This document shows, piece by piece, positions 1 to 9,016 of a DNA stretch of 64,000 bases (within the stretch, counting starts at the first letter, position 1; every line of letters begins with the position of its first letter). The translations under genes were made by a program, and so were the position numbers. The stretch lies in IMG/VR virus record IMGVR_UViG_3300033066_001787, positions 3,650 through 67,649 of that record; one strand, written 5' to 3'. The notes beneath the pieces were generated by a model. That model was not told the origin of the DNA. It worked only from the letters and a program-made list of their open reading frames with translations, and did not search any database. Source of the DNA: a virus (lineage: Duplodnaviria; Caudoviricetes).

Positions 1-4
1 TCTT

Positions 5-808
5 GTGAGAAGAGAAACAAGAAATAACATTGATAAACACGGAATAATCAAACCTCTCTCAGACTACAGAGCAGAACTAAGACAAAGACCAACTGAAGCA
101 GAGAACACATTTTGGGAATACTGCAAATCTTCTGGACTATTCAGACAAGTCAGACCACAGATGATCTTTGGATGGTACATCGTTGACTTTTTCTTCACAG
201 AGAATCACGTCGCCGTAGAATTTGATGGAAGCTCTCATGCCAATAGAAGACACTACGACTGGCATCGAGACAAATGGATTGAAGAATGCGGAGCAGTTGT
301 ACTTCGATTTCCTAATGAAGCTGCCGATACTCCAGAGGTAGTGGTGGAACAAGCACAAAAATGGCGACCTGACATGGAGCTTGATCGTCTTCTCACGAGA
401 GCCACCACAAAAAGACGAGCTTACAATGAAGTGAAGTTGGCTCTTAAAGGTCTTCAGCATGATAATCATGGACATCTGATTTCTCTTCAGGGAGAGACGA
501 GGAGTTTTGACCAGCTTCTCAAGTCGATCGTGGATCTTCCTCATAAAAGAGCCGATGGTAAAAAGCTAAAATGCTACAAATGTAAAACTGTTGCCTCAAA
601 GAATTTTCATCGTTGCAAAGGTTGTAATGAGATTCTCAGATTCGGCTGGGAAGAGTTAATTGGTCTAGAGCCTGTTACAATTAAAAGAGGGAGAATTCTG
701 TCGATTGATGGAAAGCGCGCAAGACCAAGATGCCCTAAATGCCAGAGAGCTGTGTCAAATACTTGGACTACTTGTGAAGGTTGCTTGTCACCGATCGACT
801 GGGAGTGA
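5..808 (+). CDS. DUF559/Vsr-like endonuclease with C-terminal Cys-rich zinc ribbons
   Basis: PTEAE..FW, YIVDF, AVEFDGSSH, RD.W, VLRFPN motifs of DUF559; CxxC pairs in C-terminal half; start may lie at or beyond the window edge. Confidence 0.8.
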   Translation: MRRETRNNIDKHGIIKPLSDYRAELRQRPTEAENTFWEYCKSSGLFRQVRPQMIFGWYIVDFFFTENHVAVEFDGSSHANRRHYDWHRDKWIEECGAVVLRFPNEAADTPEVVVEQAQKWRPDMELDRLLTRATTKRRAYNEVKLALKGLQHDNHGHLISLQGETRSFDQLLKSIVDLPHKRADGKKLKCYKCKTVASKNFHRCKGCNEILRFGWEELIGLEPVTIKRGRILSIDGKRARPRCPKCQRAVSNTWTTCEGCLSPIDWE

Positions 809-824
809 AAATCTCTACTCCTCT

Positions 825-853
825 ATTATCGGCTTTCTCTTGTGAAAAGTTTA
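825..853 (-). promoter_or_regulatory. sigma70-like promoter motif TAAACT-N17-GATAAT, pointing leftward
   Basis: Same -10 (CCGATAAT) and 17-nt spacing as copies at 12970, 60994 and 62247. Confidence 0.5.
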
Positions 854-873
854 ACAAAATTAGAGAGAATTGT

Positions 874-1812
874 ATGGAATTCAACACTTTTCCAAACTTG
901 ATCAAGAAATTCCAAGAGGAGTTTCCTTCCTCAAGAAAAATGAATCCTAGACAGACAGTGGAATACTGGGATGCTCTCCTGAGAAGAGAGGGACATTCTG
1001 AAGAGAAGATCCGATCCAGCAAAGTCTTGATGGATCTGACCGTTGACTGGATTGAAGCAGAGAAACCCTACTACAACGTCTGGCCTTCGATCATAGACAA
1101 CATCGAGAACCTGGATCTCAGCAAGATACCAACGTCCTGTATCAAGTTCCCCGTCGATGTTCTCTGCATCAAGCTACCAACAAGCAAAGAATGGTTCAGG
1201 ACAGAGCTTGTAGACAGCAAGTACATCCACCTCAGATCAGCAGTGATCCAGGTTGTTCCAGGCAAGCTTCGAGTCCTGCTCGATGACGGGAGAGACTTCG
1301 TGAAGCAGGGCACCCGGTCTTATGCAGTAGAATTGAGAGAGGGGAATACCCTTGAAGCAGCGATCAAGCAGACTCTCACGAACGCTCTTGGACGTGTGGT
1401 GGACATCGCCAACAACGACAAGAACATGATGAGGGTTCTGGAGTTCATCTCAAAATCCTTCAGGCTCATCGCTGGTCTCGGGTTGCTCAGCTCTCAAGGA
1501 AATCTCGTGACACCCGACTTACTGACAAAGGACAGAGGCAAAGAGATATCTGTGGAGGAAGCTCAAGCACGAGCCAAGAAGAAAGGAATGTACGGGTGGA
1601 GCATTGGTAAAGATTTCTCCTCAGAGCAAATCCCGCATGTTCGAAAAGCGCACTTGGCGTTGTACTGGACTGGAGAAAAGAAGACGATTCCAGTGATCAA
1701 GATGAGGACAGGTGAGAACAACGGGCCAATCCTGGTTCACAAGAAGAAGCTGAAAGAAGTTCCAACAGGTTTTGAAGCAAAAGAACAAGGAGCAAATGAT
1801 GAAAGAGGGTGA
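874..1812 (+). CDS. hypothetical phage protein
   Basis: Long ORF; ATG at 874; C-terminal PHVRKAH..YWTG motif. Confidence 0.7.
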   Translation: MEFNTFPNLIKKFQEEFPSSRKMNPRQTVEYWDALLRREGHSEEKIRSSKVLMDLTVDWIEAEKPYYNVWPSIIDNIENLDLSKIPTSCIKFPVDVLCIKLPTSKEWFRTELVDSKYIHLRSAVIQVVPGKLRVLLDDGRDFVKQGTRSYAVELREGNTLEAAIKQTLTNALGRVVDIANNDKNMMRVLEFISKSFRLIAGLGLLSSQGNLVTPDLLTKDRGKEISVEEAQARAKKKGMYGWSIGKDFSSEQIPHVRKAHLALYWTGEKKTIPVIKMRTGENNGPILVHKKKLKEVPTGFEAKEQGANDERG

Positions 1813-2167
1813 TCTCGTCCAGATCAGCAGTGTCTACAAGATTACGCAAATCTCGAATGAAGGACTGTATGCGCATCTCGAAGCAACAGACGGATCTTCT
1901 GTTGGTCCTGTTGCTACGGAGCCGATCAAGAATCTCAAGCTGTTCAACTTCAACGTCGAGATTCCTCCGACAGAGCCCAAGAAAATCCCTTGCGTTCTAG
2001 AGAAGGGAATGAGGGTTAGCATACAGAGAGAAGGTGAGGAGAGCTTTTTCGCGTTCTTCCAAGAATGGGCTGTCTTTGAAGGAGTGTCAGTAGCAAGAAT
2101 CCTTCTTGAGCAAACAGGCCAGATCTTGGAAGTTGTAACAGATGACGTGTTTGTTGAACCAGTTTAA
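1796..2167 (+). CDS. hypothetical protein, SH3/KOW-like
   Basis: GGAG RBS; MKEGDLVQI and LEKGMRVSI beta-barrel-like starts. Confidence 0.6.
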   Translation: MMKEGDLVQISSVYKITQISNEGLYAHLEATDGSSVGPVATEPIKNLKLFNFNVEIPPTEPKKIPCVLEKGMRVSIQREGEESFFAFFQEWAVFEGVSVARILLEQTGQILEVVTDDVFVEPV

Positions 2168-2177
2168 GGAGCAAGCA

Positions 2178-2591
2178 ATGAAAGTTGGAGATGTTGTTCA
2201 ATTCAACAAGACTTTTACAATAACTAGAGCAGAAGGATCGTTGCTTGCTATTAGAATCAATGATGACATTGACGAACTGAGATTGGCAATCCATGAGTCC
2301 CATTTGAGTAAAATTAAAGACATTCAACCACAAAAAATAGGATCGACACTCCCAAGTTTCTCCCCTGGCCATGAACCAAGTCCAAGCAAGACCAGGCAAG
2401 GAGACCCTGTATGGTACCTGGAGATCAAGGCCGAAAGCAAAACCTGGATTCCAGCGTATATCGTCAAATTCGTCGATGCCACAAAATTTCAGCCAGGACA
2501 CGTGCTGGTCGCCACATACAAAGGCGATGTTGTATTGACGTTCCATGATTCCCTATCCTTTTCCTCAGAAAGACCCACATGCCGAAAGTAA
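2178..2591 (+). CDS. hypothetical protein, SH3/KOW-like
   Basis: AAGGAG RBS; MKVGDVVQF start. Confidence 0.6.
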   Translation: MKVGDVVQFNKTFTITRAEGSLLAIRINDDIDELRLAIHESHLSKIKDIQPQKIGSTLPSFSPGHEPSPSKTRQGDPVWYLEIKAESKTWIPAYIVKFVDATKFQPGHVLVATYKGDVVLTFHDSLSFSSERPTCRK

Positions 2592-2785
2592 TGAAGAAGG
2601 TTGTCAAGAAAGTACTACCCAAAAAGACCGGGTTGCAAGTGGGCAGCAAGGTTTACGTTTTGACGGAGTACACGGTGAAGCGTGATAAAACTCCCAATCA
2701 ACCCAACCTGATTGCCGTTGAGGACAAATACGGTGACCGGGTGCTGCATTTCCGTCGTGAAGAACTCAAGCTGAAGGAAGAGTGA
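2579..2785 (+). CDS. small basic hypothetical protein
   Basis: Tiled ORF; LQVGSKVYV motif. Confidence 0.6.
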   Translation: MPKVMKKVVKKVLPKKTGLQVGSKVYVLTEYTVKRDKTPNQPNLIAVEDKYGDRVLHFRREELKLKEE

Positions 2786-3300
2786 TGCCTAGAGTTATTG
2801 AGAAGTCTGACGTGGCTCCAATTTACATCGGTCTTGATCCAGGAAAACAAGGTGGATTGGTTGCGTTATGCGAGAGAGTTATCTGGTACTCAGTAATGCC
2901 AGAATCAGAGTTAGACGTTTGGCAATGGTTTCAAAAGCTTCCTGAGCTATCGAGGGGAAACGTTCATGGATTGGTTGAACGAGTTCACTCAATGCCAGAC
3001 CAGAGTGCTCAATCAGGGTTCACTTTCGGGCAAGGATATGGCTGTCTGCGAATGGCTCTGACAGCTGCTGCTATTTCCTGGAACGATATCACTCCTCAAG
3101 CTTGGATGAAGTCTCTTCAGATTCCTCTGAGCGGCAAGCAGAGCAAATCCGAGAAGAAGCTCAAGCTTCTGGCAGTGGCAAAACAGCTCTACCCCAAGCT
3201 TCCTCTCTGGGCTGAGAAGAACTCTAAAGGCAAGCAGCTTGCGATCTGCGATGCACTATTGATCGCTCATTGTTGTAAACTCCAGCATGAGAGGGAATGA
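2785..3300 (+). CDS. ruvC: phage RuvC-like Holliday junction resolvase
   Basis: YIGLDPGKQGG, LVERVHSMP, FTFGQGYG, WMK.L, CDALLIA. Confidence 0.85.
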   Translation: MPRVIEKSDVAPIYIGLDPGKQGGLVALCERVIWYSVMPESELDVWQWFQKLPELSRGNVHGLVERVHSMPDQSAQSGFTFGQGYGCLRMALTAAAISWNDITPQAWMKSLQIPLSGKQSKSEKKLKLLAVAKQLYPKLPLWAEKNSKGKQLAICDALLIAHCCKLQHERE

Positions 3301-3568
3301 GATGTTTGCTATCAGCGATGTACCAGAGTTTGATCCTTGGTCGATCGTGGTATGTGCTGTACTCCTACTGTGGATGTTCTTCCTTGAGAAGGATGAACGA
3401 CCCAGAGAGTCAGAGTACGAGATAACCAGGAACGGACCACCACCGATGGTGCAGTGCCCGAGTTGTACTTTGTTGACTCACCGGCATCAGGATTGTAGCC
3501 ATTGCGGTTACATGATGGCCGACCTTCATCGACCAACCTCACCGCCTCCTCCAAAGAAAGGGAGATGA
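3287..3568 (+). CDS. small membrane protein with zinc ribbon
   Basis: Hydrophobic segment then CPSC...CSHC. Confidence 0.55.
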   Translation: MRGNEMFAISDVPEFDPWSIVVCAVLLLWMFFLEKDERPRESEYEITRNGPPPMVQCPSCTLLTHRHQDCSHCGYMMADLHRPTSPPPPKKGR

Positions 3569-3966
3569 TGACTACTGAGACAGAAGAAGAGTCTCCTCTG
3601 ACAAGATTGACAAAGGAGCAAGTGATTCAAGCACATTGTAAGATCGGAGCGTTGGTCTATCATTCGATCAGAGATTACTCAGAACCTAACGATGGATTCT
3701 GCTCTGAGTGCGACAAAGTTCTTGCAGAACACAATTGGAATTTCAGGAATTGTGGAGACCTGATCGGGTACATTCGCAGAGCAGTATTGAACCAAATGAA
3801 ACTCGACGGAATCAAGATCAGTCCACATTTCTCTACTGAAACAGGAGCACTGAACGAAGATGCCAAAGATCCAGCAGAAGCTATCGTGGCAGCAGCACAA
3901 AGTAAAATGGAGCAACTGTACCCTGTGCGATCTGAGCTGTCACCGGAACAAAGTGGTGTTGGCTAG
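3565..3966 (+). CDS. hypothetical protein
   Basis: Tiled ORF with ATGA overlap and RBS. Confidence 0.55.
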   Translation: MMTTETEEESPLTRLTKEQVIQAHCKIGALVYHSIRDYSEPNDGFCSECDKVLAEHNWNFRNCGDLIGYIRRAVLNQMKLDGIKISPHFSTETGALNEDAKDPAEAIVAAAQSKMEQLYPVRSELSPEQSGVG

Positions 3967-4459
3967 AGGAAATCTTCCATGTGACATCTTGTTCGTGAGT
4001 GAGTCTCCTGGAACTACTGAGAACACTCGAGGACAGTCATCTATCGGACCTGCTGGTCAGTTGCTGGACCAGATGATCGCTGAGTCGATCTACGCCCACT
4101 CCACTGGCTGGAGAGTCGCGTTCACCCAGCTGGTGGCTTGCATGCCGAAGGGGACTCCAGGAACTAAGGCCGCACATGATATAACTAAGAAGCAGATCGA
4201 ATCATGCCGACCTCGTCTCGTGGAGTTCGTCCAGATCGCCAAGCCGCAGCTGATCATCAGGATGGGAAAGCTCGTGGAGAAGTTCATTCCCAACCAAGAG
4301 ATGTTCACCGGGCCGACGAAGCTGGAGCACCAGATACAGTTCGTCGACATGATTCATCCAGCGTCGATCTTGAGAGCAGACGTCTCTCAGAAGGCCCTGG
4401 CGTACCAGCGTTGCGTTGTGACGCTGTCTGACGCTGTAGAACAACTCGCACCATTCTAA
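3860..4459 (+). CDS. family-4-like uracil-DNA glycosylase (Fe-S), divergent active site
   Basis: CTLC, RGN..CDILFVSESPG..E..G...IGPAGQLL, LVACMP, ESCRPRL, MIHPA. Confidence 0.8.
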   Translation: MPKIQQKLSWQQHKVKWSNCTLCDLSCHRNKVVLARGNLPCDILFVSESPGTTENTRGQSSIGPAGQLLDQMIAESIYAHSTGWRVAFTQLVACMPKGTPGTKAAHDITKKQIESCRPRLVEFVQIAKPQLIIRMGKLVEKFIPNQEMFTGPTKLEHQIQFVDMIHPASILRADVSQKALAYQRCVVTLSDAVEQLAPF

Positions 4460-4470
4460 GGAGCAGAGAG

Positions 4471-4665
4471 ATGGAAGAAGAATTACAAGAAGCGATCTAC
4501 TTGATCACCAAAGCAATCAACAAAACTCAGATTAGCTTCAACGCTGACGACTCGGATCACCACAACAGTCCAGATATCTCTGAGTATCTTCTGGGAAAGA
4601 AAGTACAGCGTCTAGACTCTCTTCGCAAGATTCGACTACAACTGGAAAAAGTTCTCAACAAGTGA
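4471..4665 (+). CDS. hypothetical protein
   Basis: AAGGAG RBS, tiled ORF. Confidence 0.55.
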   Translation: MEEELQEAIYLITKAINKTQISFNADDSDHHNSPDISEYLLGKKVQRLDSLRKIRLQLEKVLNK

Positions 4666-4671
4666 GGAATC

Positions 4672-4848
4672 ATGCAAGAAGCGAAGTGGACTAACGGTAA
4701 AAAGACAATTAGTGGCCGTTGGGTTTACATTTGGCACTTAAAAACTTTTATCGTCGAACTATCAACTGGTCGAAGAATTGTTTTACTTGGAAACGACACT
4801 CCTGAATGGGGCAAGTGGAAAAAGATAAAGGACAACATTCATGCCTAA
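4672..4848 (+). CDS. 58-aa hypothetical protein (not in ORF track)
   Basis: GAGG RBS; MQEAKWTNGKK...; fills the gap. Confidence 0.5.
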   Translation: MQEAKWTNGKKTISGRWVYIWHLKTFIVELSTGRRIVLLGNDTPEWGKWKKIKDNIHA

Positions 4849-5005
4849 GGTTGGAGAGTCCAGCAGGCCAAAGAAAGTCCCATACCTTGCTCCTGAGGGA
4901 CGCTGGCGTTGTCCGGTCTGTGGGGCGATACATCATCAAGAGAAGAAGAGTGGGTGTGCCAACCCAAAATGCTCGTTCCTAGGGAAGCTGGAGAAAGTGC
5001 GATGA
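4841..5005 (+). CDS. 54-aa zinc-ribbon protein (not in ORF track)
   Basis: MPKVGESS...RCPVCG...CANPKC; overlaps both neighbours at stop/start. Confidence 0.55.
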   Translation: MPKVGESSRPKKVPYLAPEGRWRCPVCGAIHHQEKKSGCANPKCSFLGKLEKVR

Positions 5006-5322
5006 TCTACCTTGTAATAACAGGAGAGATCGCTGATAGCAGTCTCTCTATCGAGGGATTGTATGAAGGTCCAAGCGGATTGAACTTGTTAGAAGCAAGA
5101 AAGGAATGGAAGGAAAATGTTACTCCAACTTTGAAACCTCAAGGAATTCTTCCAAGAGTACATAAAGAGCAGCTGGAAGAATCGTTACACAAGTTCCTTG
5201 TGGAGAAATTCTCTCTGAAGACAATTGAACATGAGGTGCTTGAGATTGTTGATGACACTCTCTGGAACACCCTTCCTCAAAAGACTGGTATTGAAATAAC
5301 AAAGGAACAACCGAATGCCTAA
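5002..5322 (+). CDS. hypothetical protein
   Basis: ATGA overlap start; ORF runs to 5322. Confidence 0.5.
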   Translation: MIYLVITGEIADSSLSIEGLYEGPSGLNLLEARKEWKENVTPTLKPQGILPRVHKEQLEESLHKFLVEKFSLKTIEHEVLEIVDDTLWNTLPQKTGIEITKEQPNA

Positions 5323-6526
5323 GCCATTGACAACTGTTGGAGCGAAACTCAAGATCAAGATCAAGGCTCACCAGCCACCGGTGTGGGATGGGCCTGCCTC
5401 TGATTCTCCTCAGGGAGGAGTGACGCAAAGCTTGATCAACAACTATCTCTCTTGTAAAGAGAGGTTCAGAATCAGCGTGATGGATGGTCTCAGACCCTAT
5501 GACGCTTTCAACAAGTATTTCTTCTTCGGAGATCTCTGGCACCTTGCTGAAGAGATCTTCGCTGGCGGAGGAGATTGGCAGACAGCGATCACCAAGAAGG
5601 CTCAAGAGGTACTTCCGCAGTATCCCCTCGCCAACGCAGAGATCACCAAGTGGTACAACGTTGTCAAGACCGCTTTCCCTGTCTACGTCAAGTTCTGGGA
5701 GAAGCAGAAGGACCAAGTCAACAGCGAACCATTGCTACAAGAGCACGCTTTCCACGTTTCCTACAAACTACCGAGCGGACGAATTGCTTGCTTGCGAGGT
5801 AAGTGGGACAAGGTTGATCTTGTCAAATCGGGCAAGACTGGAAAGATCTGGCTGACCGACCATAAGACCAAGAGCGAAGTCAACGAACCGTTCTTGAGGA
5901 AGCAGCTGACGTTCGATCTCCAGATCATGACGTATCTTGCTGCTTTGAAACAATTCAACTGGACGACGGTGTTCGATGTTGTCAACGACGAAAAGTGTCC
6001 TCTGAACATTTTCAAGTCAGGCAGTACTGAGATCGGAGGATTCTTCTATAACGTCATCCGTAAACCCTTGAGCGGTGGCAAGGGTTCAATCGTCCAGCAC
6101 AAGCCAACCAAGAGCAATCCTCAAGGCGAGACAACGGCGGAATACTACGCTCGACTTCGAGGTATAATTGAGGAAGCTCCTGAGACGTATTTCTTCCGTT
6201 GGAAAGTTGATATCACGTCGGCAGAGATCGAGCTGTTTGAGAAGACTTTCCTGTATCCTGTACTTGAGAATATGCTGGATGACTATGAATGGTGGAGCTA
6301 CGCTGCGGGAAATGGAAGAAACGGAGACACAAGACCATTCTCGCCATTCGACTATACACTCAGACAGAAGATGTTTCCAGAACACAGGAATCGTCACTTC
6401 CGTTTGCCCTATGGAATATGGAACACGATAGCAGACGGTGGAGCGACAGACCTTGACGAGTATCTACTGACAGGACAGACTGCCGGTCTTGAGAGAGTGA
6501 AAACGCTATTCCCCGAATTGGAGTAA
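5315..6526 (+). CDS. PD-(D/E)XK (AddB/RecB/Cas4-like) exonuclease
   Basis: SLINNYLSCKERF, LRGKWDKVD, LTDHKTK, LQIMTY. Confidence 0.8.
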   Translation: MPKPLTTVGAKLKIKIKAHQPPVWDGPASDSPQGGVTQSLINNYLSCKERFRISVMDGLRPYDAFNKYFFFGDLWHLAEEIFAGGGDWQTAITKKAQEVLPQYPLANAEITKWYNVVKTAFPVYVKFWEKQKDQVNSEPLLQEHAFHVSYKLPSGRIACLRGKWDKVDLVKSGKTGKIWLTDHKTKSEVNEPFLRKQLTFDLQIMTYLAALKQFNWTTVFDVVNDEKCPLNIFKSGSTEIGGFFYNVIRKPLSGGKGSIVQHKPTKSNPQGETTAEYYARLRGIIEEAPETYFFRWKVDITSAEIELFEKTFLYPVLENMLDDYEWWSYAAGNGRNGDTRPFSPFDYTLRQKMFPEHRNRHFRLPYGIWNTIADGGATDLDEYLLTGQTAGLERVKTLFPELE

Positions 6527-6528
6527 GT

Positions 6529-7389
6529 ATGCCTAAGCCAGTGAAATTAGTTGGTGGTCCGAAGAAGAAAGTTGTTCAAAGAGCAACTGACGATGTCTGG
6601 GACCGTATTGCCCCGATGCACTTTGAGGAGGATGAGGGGATCAGCGTCTGCGTCTATGGAGAGAGTGGATCAGGCAAGACCACGTTCTGCTCGTCATTCC
6701 CTGGACCTATTCTCTGGATCGTCTGCTCTGGCAGCACAAAACCGGGTGAGCTGAGATCAGTCAACACTCCTGAGATGCGAAAGAAGATCAAGACCGTGCG
6801 CATCGAGAACTCCAGAGAGGTCATCGAGCTAGCACAGAAACAAGCTGAGACTGAGATGTTCAATACGGTTGTCGTCGATCACGGTACAGGGCTTCAGGAC
6901 TGGGTGATGAAGGAGTTGTTGAACATGGACGAGTTGCCTCCGCAGTTGAGCTGGGGACTTGCATCTCAGCAGACGTGGGGTCAGTGTGCTCTACAGATGA
7001 AAGAGCTACTCCGAGCGGTGTTGTCTCTCTCCTGCAATAGGATCATCGTCTCTCAAGAGCGGACATTCAAGGCAGACGAGGACAACGATCTTGACATCAT
7101 GCCTCACGTTGGTCCTGCCTTGACTCCAAGCATCACTGGCTGGTTGACTCCTGCCTGTGACTACGTGGTTCAGACTTACAAGCAGCAGAAGACTTCTACG
7201 AAGACCGTGAAGATAGGCCAGAACACTCAGTCAGTCACCACGAAGCTGAAAGGTGTTGACTACAGATTGCGGACCGGGCCGGACGCAACGTATATGACAA
7301 AGTTCAGAGTGCCTTTGGGGACGGTGTTGCCGGATTCAATCGTTGATCCGACATATGAGAAGATGATGGCTCTAGTCAATGGAGGATGA
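6529..7389 (+). CDS. Sak4-like/AAA_24 P-loop ATPase (single-strand annealing)
   Basis: VYGESGSGKTT Walker A, VVVDHGT Walker B; follows exonuclease. Confidence 0.8.
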   Translation: MPKPVKLVGGPKKKVVQRATDDVWDRIAPMHFEEDEGISVCVYGESGSGKTTFCSSFPGPILWIVCSGSTKPGELRSVNTPEMRKKIKTVRIENSREVIELAQKQAETEMFNTVVVDHGTGLQDWVMKELLNMDELPPQLSWGLASQQTWGQCALQMKELLRAVLSLSCNRIIVSQERTFKADEDNDLDIMPHVGPALTPSITGWLTPACDYVVQTYKQQKTSTKTVKIGQNTQSVTTKLKGVDYRLRTGPDATYMTKFRVPLGTVLPDSIVDPTYEKMMALVNGG

Positions 7390-7391
7390 GC

Positions 7392-7610
7392 ATGCTGGTA
7401 CTGTCGAGGAAAGTCAACGAGAAGATCGTCATCGGCGAGGAGATCACTGTCACGGTGGTCAGCATCCGAGGTGACAAGGTCAGGCTGGGAGTTGAAGCAG
7501 CTGCTGACATTCCGATTCATCGAGCAGAGATCCACGAGGCGATTGAGCAGGAGAGGAAGGAGGAGCGAGAGAAAGGAAAGCGAGATCAGCGGGAGAATCC
7601 TTCTGACTGA
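7392..7610 (+). CDS. csrA: carbon storage regulator CsrA (RNA-binding translational regulator)
   Basis: MLVLSRKVNEKIVIGEEITVTVVSIRGDKVRLGVEAAADIPIHRAEI matches the CsrA pattern along its length. Confidence 0.95.
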   Translation: MLVLSRKVNEKIVIGEEITVTVVSIRGDKVRLGVEAAADIPIHRAEIHEAIEQERKEEREKGKRDQRENPSD

Positions 7611-7661
7611 GTATCATTGATGATGTGATCAGTGTTTTCAAGTTTCAACGAGGAAAAAAGA

Positions 7662-8939
7662 ATGGCAGCGAAGACTCAGAAAAGTTCTATCGGAGCTAAG
7701 TTGGCGAAATACGGAGTGAAGTCAGTTCACGCCGAGCACAAAGACGACGAGATCATCATCTCGGCTGGCGGAGATCTTCCAGCCGGTATCGAGGACGGCA
7801 TCGCGGAGATCTCGACTTGCTACATCGGCGAGTACGGTCCAGAGACTAAGCACCCTGGCGAGCCGTTCTTCAGAGCGTCCGCAGTGGTCGTCAGTCCTGA
7901 AGAGTTCAAGAATCGCACGACCACGATCCAAGGGCCGCTGTGCGACACGCCAGAGAAGACTGGAAAGAAACGGACGTTCGAGGACCACTACTCATGGATG
8001 CTGAACGAGCTCAAGAAGATGGGAGCGCAAGAGTCGATCGAGGCGATGGTCGACCCAGAGAGCGAGCTCGAGGGAGTGATGGCCGCCATCGCGTCGAGCG
8101 GGATCTTCATCAAGTTCCGCACGTGGTCTGGACCAGTCGCAACAGAGGGTCCGTACAAGGGAAAACCTCCGATGGTCAGCCATGACTGGCGAGGCACCAT
8201 CGAGTACACTCCATCAGAGTCTGATGACGATGGAGTGACTGTTGCAGAAGACGACGAGAAACCTGCTGTAGCTGCCAAGAAAACTGTCGCCAGCAAGACA
8301 GCTCCAGCAACGGCAGCACCCGCCAAGAAAGCGGTCAAGGGAGCAGTCAAAGCTCCTTCCTATGACGACATGGAGCTGTCTGAAGTGGTTGCTCTGGCGA
8401 ACGGTGACGACACTGCGGCTCAGAAGTGGCTCATTGAGAAGGCTGTTGAAGCTGGGATCGACTCTGACGAAGCAGAAGCTCAAGAGACCTGGGATGCGGT
8501 GGGGGAGCTGATTACGTCAGCGGCAACCGGAGAATCAGACGATGGCTCAGAGGGAGTTGACCTTGAAGCTCTAGGTGCAGCTGCCGATGAAGAGATGAAC
8601 GCTGGAGAAGAAGGAGAGAACACGACTCAGATCAAGGAACTCGCGGCAGAAGCAGGTCTTGACCCAGACTCGTTCAGCACTTACTCCGAGCTCGCCACAG
8701 CGTTGATCGAAGCTGGCGGAGAGGTAGAAGCTGTCGAAGAAGAGGCTGCTGAAGCGGTTGAGCCAGCGGTTGGTGAGGTTCATCTCTACAAGTGGTTCGA
8801 CGTCAAGACCAAGAAGCGCGCGACGAAAGCGATCGAATGCGAGGTCATGGCTGTTGACAAGAAGAAGCAGACCGTCAAGCTCAAGAACTTGACCAACAAG
8901 CAGCTTGCGGATGGAATTCCGTTCTCAGCTCTTGAATAA
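7662..8939 (+). CDS. putative ssDNA-binding protein with Lys/Ala linker, acidic repeats and C-terminal SH3-like domain
   Basis: Position after Sak4/exonuclease; beta-rich N-domain; highly acidic C-half. Confidence 0.5.
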   Translation: MAAKTQKSSIGAKLAKYGVKSVHAEHKDDEIIISAGGDLPAGIEDGIAEISTCYIGEYGPETKHPGEPFFRASAVVVSPEEFKNRTTTIQGPLCDTPEKTGKKRTFEDHYSWMLNELKKMGAQESIEAMVDPESELEGVMAAIASSGIFIKFRTWSGPVATEGPYKGKPPMVSHDWRGTIEYTPSESDDDGVTVAEDDEKPAVAAKKTVASKTAPATAAPAKKAVKGAVKAPSYDDMELSEVVALANGDDTAAQKWLIEKAVEAGIDSDEAEAQETWDAVGELITSAATGESDDGSEGVDLEALGAAADEEMNAGEEGENTTQIKELAAEAGLDPDSFSTYSELATALIEAGGEVEAVEEEAAEAVEPAVGEVHLYKWFDVKTKKRATKAIECEVMAVDKKKQTVKLKNLTNKQLADGIPFSALE

Positions 8940-8948
8940 GGTAAAATT

Positions 8949-9013
8949 GATCTGTGCTACCGACAGGATTCCACGGAAAGCGGCGCAATGAAGGGATGTG
9001 CTGGGTACAGATC
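8949..9013 (+). ncRNA. intergenic hairpin with three ANGGA motifs
   Basis: GATCTGT(8949)/ACAGATC(9007) closing stem; ACAGGA, ACGGA, AGGGA inside. Confidence 0.3.
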
Positions 9014-9016
9014 AAG

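Noticed and set aside
5315-6526. Cas4/CRISPR association
   Set aside because: Context is Sak4/SSB recombination; no array or other cas genes
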